From assembly GCA_965112155.1 (NCBI GenBank), contig OZ218098.1: a stretch of 64,000 nt of DNA. One strand, given 5' to 3'. The position numbers and the translations under genes were made by a program. Shown here in pieces: positions 13,730-25,300 of this stretch; position 1 is the stretch's first letter; each line of letters starts with the position of its first letter. The DNA comes from Podarcis liolepis (lineage: Eukaryota). The notes beneath the pieces were generated by a model that did not search any database, was not told the origin of the DNA, and worked only from the letters and a program-made list of their open reading frames with translations.

Positions 13730-15476
13730 CAGATGCTATGGACAGCATGAGGCATGCATCACTCTGTGCAGTCTTCTATTTTTTCCATGTAGCAGTAATG
13801 ATATTCCAAATGCCTGTAAGTATTTCTCACTATGGTGGTGAGATGTGCTTAGGTGACTACTTGTGATATAAATGGCCAGAAAAAGGAAGGCATCATTCCT
13901 ACAGTGCATCTCTCCAAATAGATTGCTTCTCCATTGGTCAGGGCAGTATTTATGAATCACACAGTCCTGGAAATCTCCTGGATACAACTGGATACAGCAG
14001 CTGTAATCTAGAATATAGATGCAGTGTGCATTTATTGTTAAAGTGGTTCAAGTCATTGCAGAGGGGTGTGAGATTCCCCGGAGCACATAACACCAAAGCA
14101 ACAGGGCACCTCTTTCTTATTACATCTGTCATATGCTTATCCTAAGTAACCTCAGTGACTAAGCTCTTAAGAGCAGAAAAGCTGGGAAACATAGAGTTGG
14201 AAGCCAAGCCAGGCACACTGGATGTAGCTGTGCTTTCTCCTGGGGCCTTAGCAGTAGAAGCAGCAGCTCTCCTTGCATCATGCCAGGGAATGAGTTGCTA
14301 GAAATCATTTCAGAGTCTGCCTTGCAGACAGCGACTTACTTCATTTCTGTCTTACTTCACTGGCTGTATTAACACAGGTATCTATCTTGGTGAGACCTTT
14401 ATGGCATGATCCCCTGAATTAAAGCTTCTTTTCCCCTTGGCTTGTTATTTCCATCCCCTTCAGATTCATCATAACTTTTCTCCAGCTTGGCTCTTCTCTT
14501 AGCCAGCTTGGCTGTCGCTGAGGTTGGGAAGATAGAAGTGGAGACGGCTTGCTTCTTCCAAGTTCATATTCTATATGTTCCTGGCTACTAGCTTCATCAG
14601 TTGACAGTTATCAACCTTCCCTGCAAAGCTTTGTAAACAGAGGGGAAGGGTGTGTTGCACTAATCTCTATTGCGAGACAGCCTTTTCTCCAAAAAGCCAA
14701 CAGAAGACAGTCTAATTCTTTAGGAGATTTGAGTGTTTAATTTTTGTTTTAATTTCTTATGCCCTTTTTATAAGCCAAGCCAGGCAGGTGCTGAAACAAG
14801 GGTAGAGGGAGAGTTGGCTTCCTACTGCAAACATCCTCAATATATGTTCAGTTTTAACTTGGTTAAAACTTCTCTCCCTGTTAGCCTGGTACACAAAAAT
14901 GAAGGCTTGCATTTTGAATCCTCTTTTAGGAACCAACCTATGTGTCCTAGCCTTGCAACAGGTTTTATTTAACTGTCCCCTACTGAAAACTGAGTGTCAT
15001 GTCCCTTCTTTGGGCTCTGTAGGAGGTTGGTGCCTAATGTGTCCCTCTCAAATCTCATAGCGACAATCTTCTGTGAACTAGCCTGACTCCTAGGATTGTA
15101 TTGAATGACCTAAAAGAGCTAGCTGTGTAGAAGTGTGAAAGTGGAGAGGCCTCTTCGAGTGTCCTAAAGAATTCTCCCAGCTGGCCGTCTCCCTGAGTCG
15201 CCTTATACTCTTGCCACCACCACCCGCCCTTCCTGACTTGAGTAATTACGAGCAAACAGGTGTTCAGCACTCCTCCAATGTGGTCTACACAGCTATCTCT
15301 GCTTCCTGGTATTAACAGGCATTGCTGGTTCTCTCCTTCCCCCATGCCCCATCAGTATTTGAACCTTAGGTGGGTACTACTCTGCACAAAATGTCATGGA
15401 TCGCTCAATGTAAATTGGTGGAACTCAAGAGATCTAGGGAAAAGGCATTGCATTTCTGGCCAAATTATCACCCTTC

Positions 15477-15648
15477 AGCTCAGTGGTAGAGCATATGCAT
15501 ATGCTTTGCATGCACAAAATCCCAGGTTCCCAAAAAAGGTGGAAAAGACTCATGGCTGAAACCTTGGAGAACCTCTGCCAAGTCACCATAAACGGTGCTG
15601 AGGTAGATGGACCAATGGTCTGACTCAGTATAAGGTAACTTCCTATGT
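15477..15648 (+). mobile_element. tRNA-derived SINE
   Basis: A-box-like agctcagtggtagagca, B-box-like ggttc, shared tail agatggaccaatggtctgactcagtataagg. Relatives at about 19225-19312, 28670-28852 and 51741-51910. Confidence 0.7.
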
Positions 15649-16181
15649 AGTGCTTTGTAATGAATTTATTTCCTTGTCCTGGTGGTTTTCTTTTCCCCCT
15701 AAAGCAAACTACTGCAGTAAACAGAAGCCTCATTGGGTGGTTTTATCTTGCTAAGGTGGATCCTCCAAGCAGTGTGCTATAGAGCTTGATACCGAGAGGA
15801 ACAAAAAGATGTGCTATGACTTGTGAGGAGCCACCCTATGCAGAAGGGCATAGAATTCTGCATAAGTGTTTCAGGAATGGAAGAAGATTGCTCTGGGATA
15901 GAGAAGAAGCCATCCCAGCACCTTCCACATTTCGGGATTTGAAGCTTGAGTAGCTGCTGTCTCAGCTTGCTTAACACAACTATCTTCTTCAGATGGATTT
16001 ATTCTTCTCAGAGTGAAATGTCAGTGGTTAATTTATTGCTGCACGGAGGGCACTAGTGGTTGTTTGGGTCTTCTGAAGTGTGCATCGGAAAGATCCAGAG
16101 GAGGATATACATTTTCAAAAGGATGCCATGAGTCCAATTTAACTCACACTGCTAAATTAAAGATATTTTTTTAAAAAACAA

Positions 16182-16187
16182 AATAAA
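16182..16187 (+). terminator. Candidate TTLL4 polyadenylation signal (AATAAA)
   Basis: AATAAA followed by GT-rich sequence, about 3.9 kb after the TTLL4 stop; not verified by transcript data. Confidence 0.35.
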
Positions 16188-19100
16188 GGATTCAAGTGCA
16201 AGTATGTGGTCATGACTGTTGTGATATAACTTGGGTGGCAGTAAAGGTAATTTTGAGTGCTTTAGGGATTTTTGAGTCTAGGTGAGCCCTGCTCCTCTAA
16301 GCTGCCACTAAGCACGTTTGCTTATCTAAGAAATACTGTACAAGCAAATTTTCTCCAGGTTGATATTTAGACCCTGGAAAGTCATGTGAGTTTCTGCTGT
16401 CAACACTAAATTCTTGAGAGAGGAAGAAGAGAACAAACATCAACCTCTGTAGAGTGATTGCCTCACTTTACCTAAATTTCTTATACAAGGGCCAATTATA
16501 GTGAATCTAATAAACTGACTGAGGTTAAAAAAAAGCGGGAAGAAAGTGTGGAGCAAATACACTGCTAGATAAACTTCCTAGAATCTGGCCCATTTTGCTA
16601 TGGCTTAACACAAATGAGCAAATGGGCATGTTCTTGGAGAGAAGATTGTGGCCTTTTTCCTGGTCCTGGTGCCGCTGCGCTGATTTGAGCTAACCTACAG
16701 TTTGGCTTAGTGATGCATCCAAACCACAGCTTGTGGTTTATATTGCTCCAAACAGACCATGAGTTCTTGGCAATGTTTGTTCTGTGGCTTACCACTCATG
16801 GTTTGTCTGGAGTGAGAGGAACAACAAGCCCAGACTCAGAAGTAATACTAAGCCAAACTGTGGCTTAACTCACAGCAGCTTGGCTGCAGTAGCTTCTCTG
16901 GAGGAGGACTACTCCATAGTTTGACTTAGCATGGTGTGAAAACTGGGTCTGTCATAAATCATAGCTTTTCTGCTCTGCAAGCAAAGAAAACTGGTTTGGT
17001 TTTTTTGCTCAGCATAGGAGGTAGGAATAGCATATGTGTGCTATTCCAGGCAGATATGCAGTTGTAATATATCTGATTTGCTTAAGCTGCCATAATGTCA
17101 TGTGGGCAAATCTAATTAATCTTTTATTGCCTAGCAAAAAACAACCACCTTACAGTCTTTCAGAGATATCCAAAGAGAATCTATAATTCACACAAAACTA
17201 TCCTGTCAATTAGATTCCTAATCTCTGGGATTTGTGGCCACACTTCCTTTAAAAACAGCTACTTTAAAAGTTACAAACTCAGCAGTATTGCTAAGCAAAT
17301 ACGTAGATAAGTTTAAACAAGCCAACCAGCCACTTTAGCCAGGTATGTAGCCAGCAGTGCATCTCCTGGAAATATATACAAGGGGCAGTAGTTCATAAAA
17401 CACAGTTACACTGATGGATGTGTCCACTGGTTGAAAGCAGAGCTCCAAAAGCTGCTTCAGTGTTGAAGGTTTTTAAATCCAAGAGAGTTTACTGGCATAT
17501 CTGGATAAATATGTGAGATTTTGGAAGAAGAATGTGAGGGTTGAGAAATCTGACAGCTCTCCAGAGTTTCTTGCTGCTTAATATGTCCAGCTAAGTTTCA
17601 AAATTGCCCTGGCTTTCAATAAACCTTGATTTCATATGAGCACTTTAGCAAAGCCACCATTATTCAGGATATTGTGGAAGTGCAGCAATCCATAACTATC
17701 TTCCTATGGTCACCATACCTCTTAGGCAGAGTTTGTGTAGAAACAGCATATGCATTCCAGTCTTAAATATCATAGCTATACTCTTATGGTTTGCTTTCTG
17801 TTTTGCCGCCACCCTATAAAACAAGGAGAAATTGCTCTGGTTTCAAAGAGTAGAGCAGCATTAATCAAGTCCTCCAGCTCCTTTATATCTTGAAATAGGA
17901 GTAATTGCTTTTGAGGTGGGCACCTTGAGGCAAGCAAGTTGGTTTAGAGGCCTAGAACATCTCTAGCAATACATGTCAACTCAAAATTGAGTATTCTTCA
18001 AGACCGGCCACTCTCAGGTAAGTGAGTATAAACTAAAGGTCTGTAAGTAATTTTTGCTGTTCGATGGCCACTAACCGATATACAAACTTTCCTAAGGACT
18101 ACAGTGGATGTGTGCTTCAAGGGGGAACATCCACAGTTGTCTTCAGCATCCAAAGGGTCCTTGGTGAAATGTGAAATCTGTTTTGGCAGCCAACAAAGTC
18201 TTCTCCAGCATGCAAATCTCCTGCTGCCGCCAAGCCTGTATTTTGGGTGTGTATGCTGATCTATGATCAGATCTCCCCAATGCTTCTTTTTTTTTTTAAA
18301 GTTACATTTTATAATGAGGAAAAGGCTGCTCAACACCCTGCCTGGTGTTATTTTTCCACAAAGCGCAAATTTACCCCTTTTAATCTGGGTATTGCATTTT
18401 GTTGCATCTTTTCTTGGTCACAGTAAAGGTATTACCCTACTGTTAGTTTTAATTTTTTGCTAGAGCACACACAGCTGCTATTCAGCTGCAAAGGAAAAGC
18501 AGGCACCTCCACACTACTTTGCTTGCTCTGCGAAGGGTAAGGTTTTTAACTTTTATGTTTATATATTCACTTTTGGAGCAAACGTTCCCCCTGCTAGGTT
18601 GAGAAAATCATCTTGATAGGAACGGGTTATCTATCCCCTGAAGTGTTGGGAGTTTTGACCAACCAGAGACACTGCCACAGCTGGCTTTCTGCTGGCAGTG
18701 GGCACCTGTAACCATTTCCTTTCTTGCCAAGAGCCAATAAGGCCTGTGTCGCTGAGTTCAGGCTACAAGTAGTGGAGATAAACTGAGAGGGGAGGGGACA
18801 GCAACCATTCTCTTTTTAGGAGCCTGACTCATTCTCCAGGAATTCTCCACAGTGGGGAGGAGAGGCCAATCCCAACTGGGTTATGTTTAGTATGTGTAGA
18901 TGGGGAGGTGAAGACAGCAAGCACTTGCATCAAGATCAAGGCTCTGAGGCAGGACCAGAACTGCATGTAAAGATAAAAGGGGTGCCTGGTCATAGCTAGC
19001 CACAAGCAACAGGGAAGAACAACCTGCTTCAGGTATTGCCAGAAGGGGGAACTGGCACTGGCCAAGACCAAGTTCTCCTTATTTTACTGTTTGTTTTTAA

Positions 19101-19359
19101 AAATGTATATTATCCGGCTTTTCTTCCATGAATCCAAAGGGGCAAACTGCAAACAAAAGTAGACAAAATGATTGGGAGCAACAAGAACTGCCAAATTCAA
19201 AACAAAACACCAGTAGTTTTACAGAGGGTTGGGAAATCCTGGAAAGCCACTGTCAAATACTGAGCTACATGAACCAATGGGCTGACTTGGTGTAAGGCAG
19301 CTTCCTATGTTCTTATCAGAGTGCAGGAGGGGAAACCTGGGCCGTGAGTTTGAGCCCCA

Positions 19360-19435
19360 CGTTGGGCAAAAGATGCCTGCATTGCAGGGGGTTGGACTGG
19401 ATGACCCTCAAGCGCCCTTCCAACTCTACGATTCA
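19360..19435 (+). mobile_element. CR1-type LINE 3' terminal fragment
   Basis: gggttggactggatgaccctc...cccttccaactctacgattc resembles the canonical CR1 3' end. Confidence 0.65.
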
Positions 19436-21269
19436 AGTCAGAAATTGTTCTCCCACTCAAGTAAGTTTAATTTGTTTTAAAGGGGGACTAGATAAATTCA
19501 TGGAGGATAGATATGTGTATTGTACTAATGCTTCTGGAAGCCAATTGCTAGGGGCCACACAGGAGGAAAGTGCTATTGGCACTCCTCTAGTGCTTGTACC
19601 TTTCCTAGAGAGGCTTGAGGCTGGCTACTGTAAACAACAACAACACAGGATGCTTGACTAGATGGACTCTTGGCCTAATCCAGCCAGGCTCTAGTTATGT
19701 TACTATGAACATCTATCTTCATTCTGCTCTATAAACTAATAAGCTGTTTCATGCTACCTTTATTGGGCAACCAAGCTGTATGCTAGTCCACATACAAGTT
19801 GTAAGGACTTTTAATTGCGGAGATTGTGTATGGTCCATTTTAGTGCTTCCAATCCTGTAGCTAATCCCAGGGAAGGTCAATTTGCAGCCCATGGGTCACA
19901 TCTGGCTTCTAGCCAAACAGTCTTATCTCTACTGGTCTTGCTAAATTTTAATCAAGGTATGATAAACATTGTGCGCACAGAAAAAATGTGTTTTAAATGA
20001 ATGTGATGACATCACATTTCACTGTTCTCTCCCTTCCTTTCCCAGGCTTCCTATGTTATGTCTTGCTTTACGTGCTGTGGGGGTAGCCAATGTGGTGCCT
20101 TCCACATGTTCTGGACTTACAACCTCCATCATTCCGGACTACTGGCACTATTTACTGGTGGCTGTCCCTTGGAGCAGATAATGCTGACCTTATTATGGTA
20201 GAGCCGGACAGCATGTGAAGTGGTAGGATGGTGCAGTCAAGATACACACACACATCCCAGACCTGCAGTATAGAAAACAGAGTTACTCCCAATTCAAAAT
20301 GGACAATACTGATCAATGAAACTCAGCCTGTGCTGTTGCCAGTGTGCAGGTGTCAGATCTGTATATATATTTTACATTATTGGCTTCCTGTGTTTATCTG
20401 AGGACAGCCCTGAGCAAAAGAATATCCCATTTTATTTAGGAAGCTTCCTCACTCACTGACAATTTATTACAGCATCCATCTAGTATTGGCGGAACTATAA
20501 TCTGCAGTCCTGTGCTTTTAACAACTGAAAGGCAATAATGGAACAAGTCAACACATGGTCTAGAATTATCTTGTAATGGAGTTATCTTGTAACTCTAGAC
20601 TAGCATTTTCTACGATTCCAACTGAAGTTGTAATTGTGTGCACACTTTCACATTTTCTCCTGCCATTTCAGGTAACATACCTATCAAGCACTACTGAATC
20701 ACAGGCTGCTTTGCTCCACAGAGATTCATGAGGGTTGCAAAGCAACTACAGTACACTGCTTCAGATAAATGAGTTGGCTAGCTGAACATCCAGGAACAAG
20801 TGGCCTATTTTAAAAGTGTTATCATGGCCCAAACCCTTTTGGAAATACACGAGCTCCTTTTCTCCAGATGCTTTTGTAAAGACAAACTTTACTAGCATTT
20901 TTAAAAAGAACACTAGGAATATTATGTTGCTGCTGGAACACAGGAAGGGGATGAGTTTGTGGGTAAAAGGATATGAGGGACTGGTGGGGAAAAGGCTGGA
21001 GGATTCATCCATTAAAATTACAATTTTTATCTTATATCCTGGATACCACAATAGGTTTTTTTGGTTTTTTTTTTAATGCAACAGATGGAAGTTGCATTGC
21101 TTTCCAATCAGCACTCCTTGCGGGTGGGAGTGACTTCGCCAGTTGAATGTCTGCCTACCTCTCAGCTTTTAAAGGCATAGAGGCCTTCTGAAAGAAAGAA
21201 GCCCGCTGCAAGCGGGAACAGTCTTTGCCGTGAGGAGCCAGATTATAGTGTCCCCATTGCACCAGGGAC

Positions 21270-22300
21270 TGTACCTCTAGAACAGCTCCTCTTGGCCTCG
21301 GCCGATCACCCCATTGCTTCTTCCTCCCAGGAGGGGCTGCCCCCCCCCATAGCCTCCACCATCTCTTCTCCTCGCCCCACCTCCCACCCCGCGAGACCGT
21401 GTCCCACCGCGCACAGGCTTCTGTGCCCCGACTTCCTCCCTTCGCACATTCCGTGATTTATTTACAGCCGGAGCCGAGTCGCGCTCTCTCCCCCCACCCC
21501 CCGCCCTCCAGGGCAAACAGGAGGCTTCGCCCGCAGCTTCCCGAGCGAGAGGCCGCGGAGCCCGCTTTCCTCGCCGCATCCCTCGCCCCAGCACCCCTCG
21601 GCGCCTGGGAGAGCCCCGCTCTCGGCATGCCCTGCTCCTCCTCCACGGTCTCGGGAGGCGGCCGCGCGCTGCCCTGAGTCCCCCGGGAGGCGGCGGGAAG
21701 GCCCTTCTTCGCACAGCGCGGCAGGCGGTGGCCCCTCCTGGCGCCGCGCGCACCCGGGTGTTGCTGCCAGGCCCGCCGCCTTCCTGACACGGACTGGCTC
21801 CCCGGCCAGGCGCCCGAAAATAGCAGCTGCCTCGGCATGGAGCGGGCGGCGGCGGCACTGGCCTCGGAGCAGGTAAGCCCGGCGGAGAGACCTCCCCGAG
21901 AAAGGGCTTCGCGGCGGGTGTCTTTCTGCTGGCCAGGCCGGCCCGGGGAGCACGGACGGAGGGCACTTCCTGGCGCAACAACGCCGCGACCACTTCCTGC
22001 TTTCGGTTGCCGGGGGAGTGGGGCTAGCGGGGCTTACCTGAGCCCCGGAACCTGCTCCCCCAGCTCATTGGACACCCTTGAGTGTCAAGAACGGAGCTTT
22101 CGAGCACGTGCAGAGCGCTGCCTGCCCATCTGCGTTTTCTCTCCCACACCTTCGGGTGCGATTCCTAGGCGTGCTTGGCCCGTAACAATTTCGCGTTTAG
22201 AAACTGAACTCGGTGCTCCGACTCGTCTGCTGCCGATTTAAATAAATCTTATGCATTAATGCGATCCGCGCAAGTGTTCGGGTGAACAAAAACAAAAGCT
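21270..22300. promoter_or_regulatory. CpG island / putative PRKAG3 promoter
   Basis: Very GC- and CpG-rich stretch in a CpG-depleted background, containing the first coding exon (ATG 21837, donor CAG|GTAAGC). GC boxes present; E-box CAGCTG at 21824-21829. Confidence 0.75.
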
Positions 22301-25300
22301 CTGAAGACAAAGGGAGAAAAGCACGCGCGTTTTGTTTTTAGAGAATGCAAGCACGTGTCGTCATAACTGGCTCCCTCTATATCAGAAAACATGCATTTCG
22401 TGTGGCGTTGCTATTTGTTTAAAAATCTGCTGAACTGAGGACACCTTTTTAATCAACGCATTTAATTGATCAATCCATCAAGCAAATAGTGCAGCCATAA
22501 ACGAGGTGAGAGAAAGTTGGCAGCTGAATCCCATTCCTATACGGCTCTTTTGCTGTCTTGCAAGTGCCTTTTTTTAATATTATTAAAACTTTCCTCCAAA
22601 ACCAGGTCTTTGGTCCTTAATTTATCTGCGGCCTTTTAGAAGTGGATGGAATGTTCTTAATGTATTTCTCTTCCCCCTTGGTTTTAATGTATCTGTGTGG
22701 GGTTTATTGTCTAGTTTGTTGATTTAGCTGTAAGTTGCTTTGGGTTGCCCTGGGCAAGATAAAGCAACTGGCACATTAAATAAATAAATAAATTAATTAA
22801 ATTACTGGTTATATTTGTCAGCTGGCATGTTTCTGCTTTCTGTCAGTTGCGGTAGGAAAATTGTGGGCAACCAAATCTCTGCCTGGAGTTTGTTCCATGT
22901 CTCAGCATGTGTCTGTATCTGATTGCACTCTGCTCTTGTGCATGTTTCCTCCTGTGTCTGAGTACGCATGCATTGTGGTTGAGTATGTTGTCTGTCATGC
23001 ACAGTCTCTGACCGGGTGCAGCCTGAATCAGCTTTATTGGATCATCTGTGTCTACCCCTTCCACATTAACAATAGACCCTTTACTGCAGTGTCCTTACAG
23101 ATGCTAGCTTTGGGTACTAACTGGAGAAGCCATAGGTATGATTGTTGGGGATTGTTAGAGCTAGAGGTCTCCTCTCCCACCATGTCACTGTTTCTTAATT
23201 CCCTTGTGGTATTAGCTGGTTAAGCCATCCTCTTTCCCATGATGTAAAAAGAAGGACATACGGTTATCCTAACCAAGATTTAAACATCTGCTTTCCCACA
23301 ACATGCTTAACATTCCCTGCAAACAACTCTGTCTGCAACTTGAAAAGCTGTAGCAATAGGAAGGAAATAAACAGCAGCCATGTGTGGATGAAGGAAATGG
23401 CCCCTGCCTGCAGAAAATATGTGAAGCACTAAGTTTTTTGATCCCTCCAGCATTCGGTTTGAACTAGATTTGTAGCACTTTGGGGATTGAGGGCCTAGGG
23501 TGGAGTCTGAGGTTCCCCGTCCACTGCAGAATTGTAGCTCTCACTCTTCAGATCCTAAAAGCTGAACTATTTTCACATTGAATGTGGACCACAGAGGCCA
23601 CTTTTTAACTCTCTCCATTTTTCCTTAACTCCCAGGCAGCACCACTGAGCAATGGCCTCCAGCCTCAGGAAGCAGGTGGGTAGTGCACTGGTTTTGCCTG
23701 CCGGTGGTGGAGTGACCGCTTTCAAGTACAGACTTCACTGCCTGCCAGCCAGACTGACTCATGACATGTGTTGCAGGGAACAGTTTTGGGTGTTAATTGC
23801 CTGCGTTGAGTGTCTTCTAAACTTGCTAATCCATAACAGCATGATTGTGTGTACTAACTTTGGGACATTATACATCACTTTTTGAGCCATGCTGCGAGCC
23901 ATCCGAACCACTGCCTCCCCTATCATTCTAGTCTTGGAAAATCTCAGTTGTACCCAGATTTCACTTTTTGCTTTCCTGTTTGAGAATGGCTCCAGTTCTG
24001 CTAGTACCTGTGAAACCCATCCTAATGTCATCTTACAAAATTGAATTATGTGAGGCCTGATTTCAAAATCTGGGCTTATACTTAGATTCCTTGGATAAGC
24101 CCAGTATTGTCCATCCTCCATTTTCTATCTGTCAGATGGGAATAATGGTGACCTACCTCACAGGGTTGTTGTGAGGGCACTCAATAAAGATAATGAAGCT
24201 ATTCAACTGCCACAGAAATGTGTGAATAAATACAGTATACAACCCCCTCCTGACCGGTTATGCTTTTTCAGAGCAAGTAGTTAGCCCCTTTTACACTTTC
24301 CCCTCTACTGTAAAATTTGCAGAAGAGAGTTTGGGCTCTGACTGAAATCAACGAATGCTTCCACCTTAGGCTGAAGTGTGTGGGTTGCTGCCTGTCAAGG
24401 GATGTAAACAATCAACTAACTGGATGTGCTCTGTGGGGCAGGGTGGGGTAGGGTTGGTCAGTGACTGCTGCAGCTTTTGGCTGGTTCTCTGTGCAAGTCA
24501 CGGGTTGTTCAGCTCAGCATGCGTGTTCCTGCAGTTTATGTGAGAACATACCATTTCTTTAGGCTTAGTGAGAAGGCGGGAAGGTTGTGTCAGTCAAAAG
24601 GGCCAAGATTACTTAAATGTTTCACCTACCAAGAAGTTTTTGGTGTCTGGATTTGCAATGCCTCCCCTTACCCACTAGGCCCCAACCTGTCTCTGGATGT
24701 TAAGGAATCAGCGTTGGAAGCCAAGGTTGTAGGGCAAGAGGCCAAGGACCTGGCTGCAGATGGCAAAGGTACAGAGTTGAGCATGATGAATGTGATGTCA
24801 GATGGCAGGACCATGGACGGGGATCCCAGAGCTGTTGGGCTGGATGCCAAGACTGCAAATCGGGATGGCAAAGTAACAGCTGGGGATGCCGTTGCTACAG
24901 AATCGGATATTAAGGCTGCAGATTCAGAGGCCAGAGAACTGGATACAGCTGGCAACTACGGTGGACCACAGGCCACAGTGACAGATAGGAGACAAACAGG
25001 TCCAGGGGGCAAGGAGGACGTGATGCCAAGAGGCAGGTGCAAGAGCTGGAACGCCAGTGCCCCCACCCTGAATGCTAAAGATGCCGGTCAGCAAAGCAAA
25101 GGCACAATTGTGGATGGCAAAGCAACATCAGAAGTCACCAAGCCAGAAGAGAGCAACAAAGATGATGACGGTGACATCATTTCTCTCGACTGTGAAATTC
25201 TTGGGTTTGGTCCTGATACTGATTTGCTGGGACCAGATGCTGAGACTTACATGCATTTCATGCGGCGCCACCACTGTTATGATGCCATTCCCACCAGCTC

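Noticed and set aside
15477-15560. tRNA gene
   Set aside because: A and B box-like motifs are present but there is no complete cloverleaf, and it continues into a multi-copy SINE body.
21277-22241. Several long overlapping ORFs (up to 238 aa) on both strands
   Set aside because: Ala/Arg/Gly/Pro-rich products expected from stop-poor CpG-island DNA; only the 36-nt PRKAG3 exon has splice support.
24477-24678. Upstream part of the 299-aa ORF as the PRKAG3 start
   Set aside because: A pyrimidine tract plus AG at 24677-24678 and phase-matched upstream exons explain the gene better; the ORF start is a TTG.
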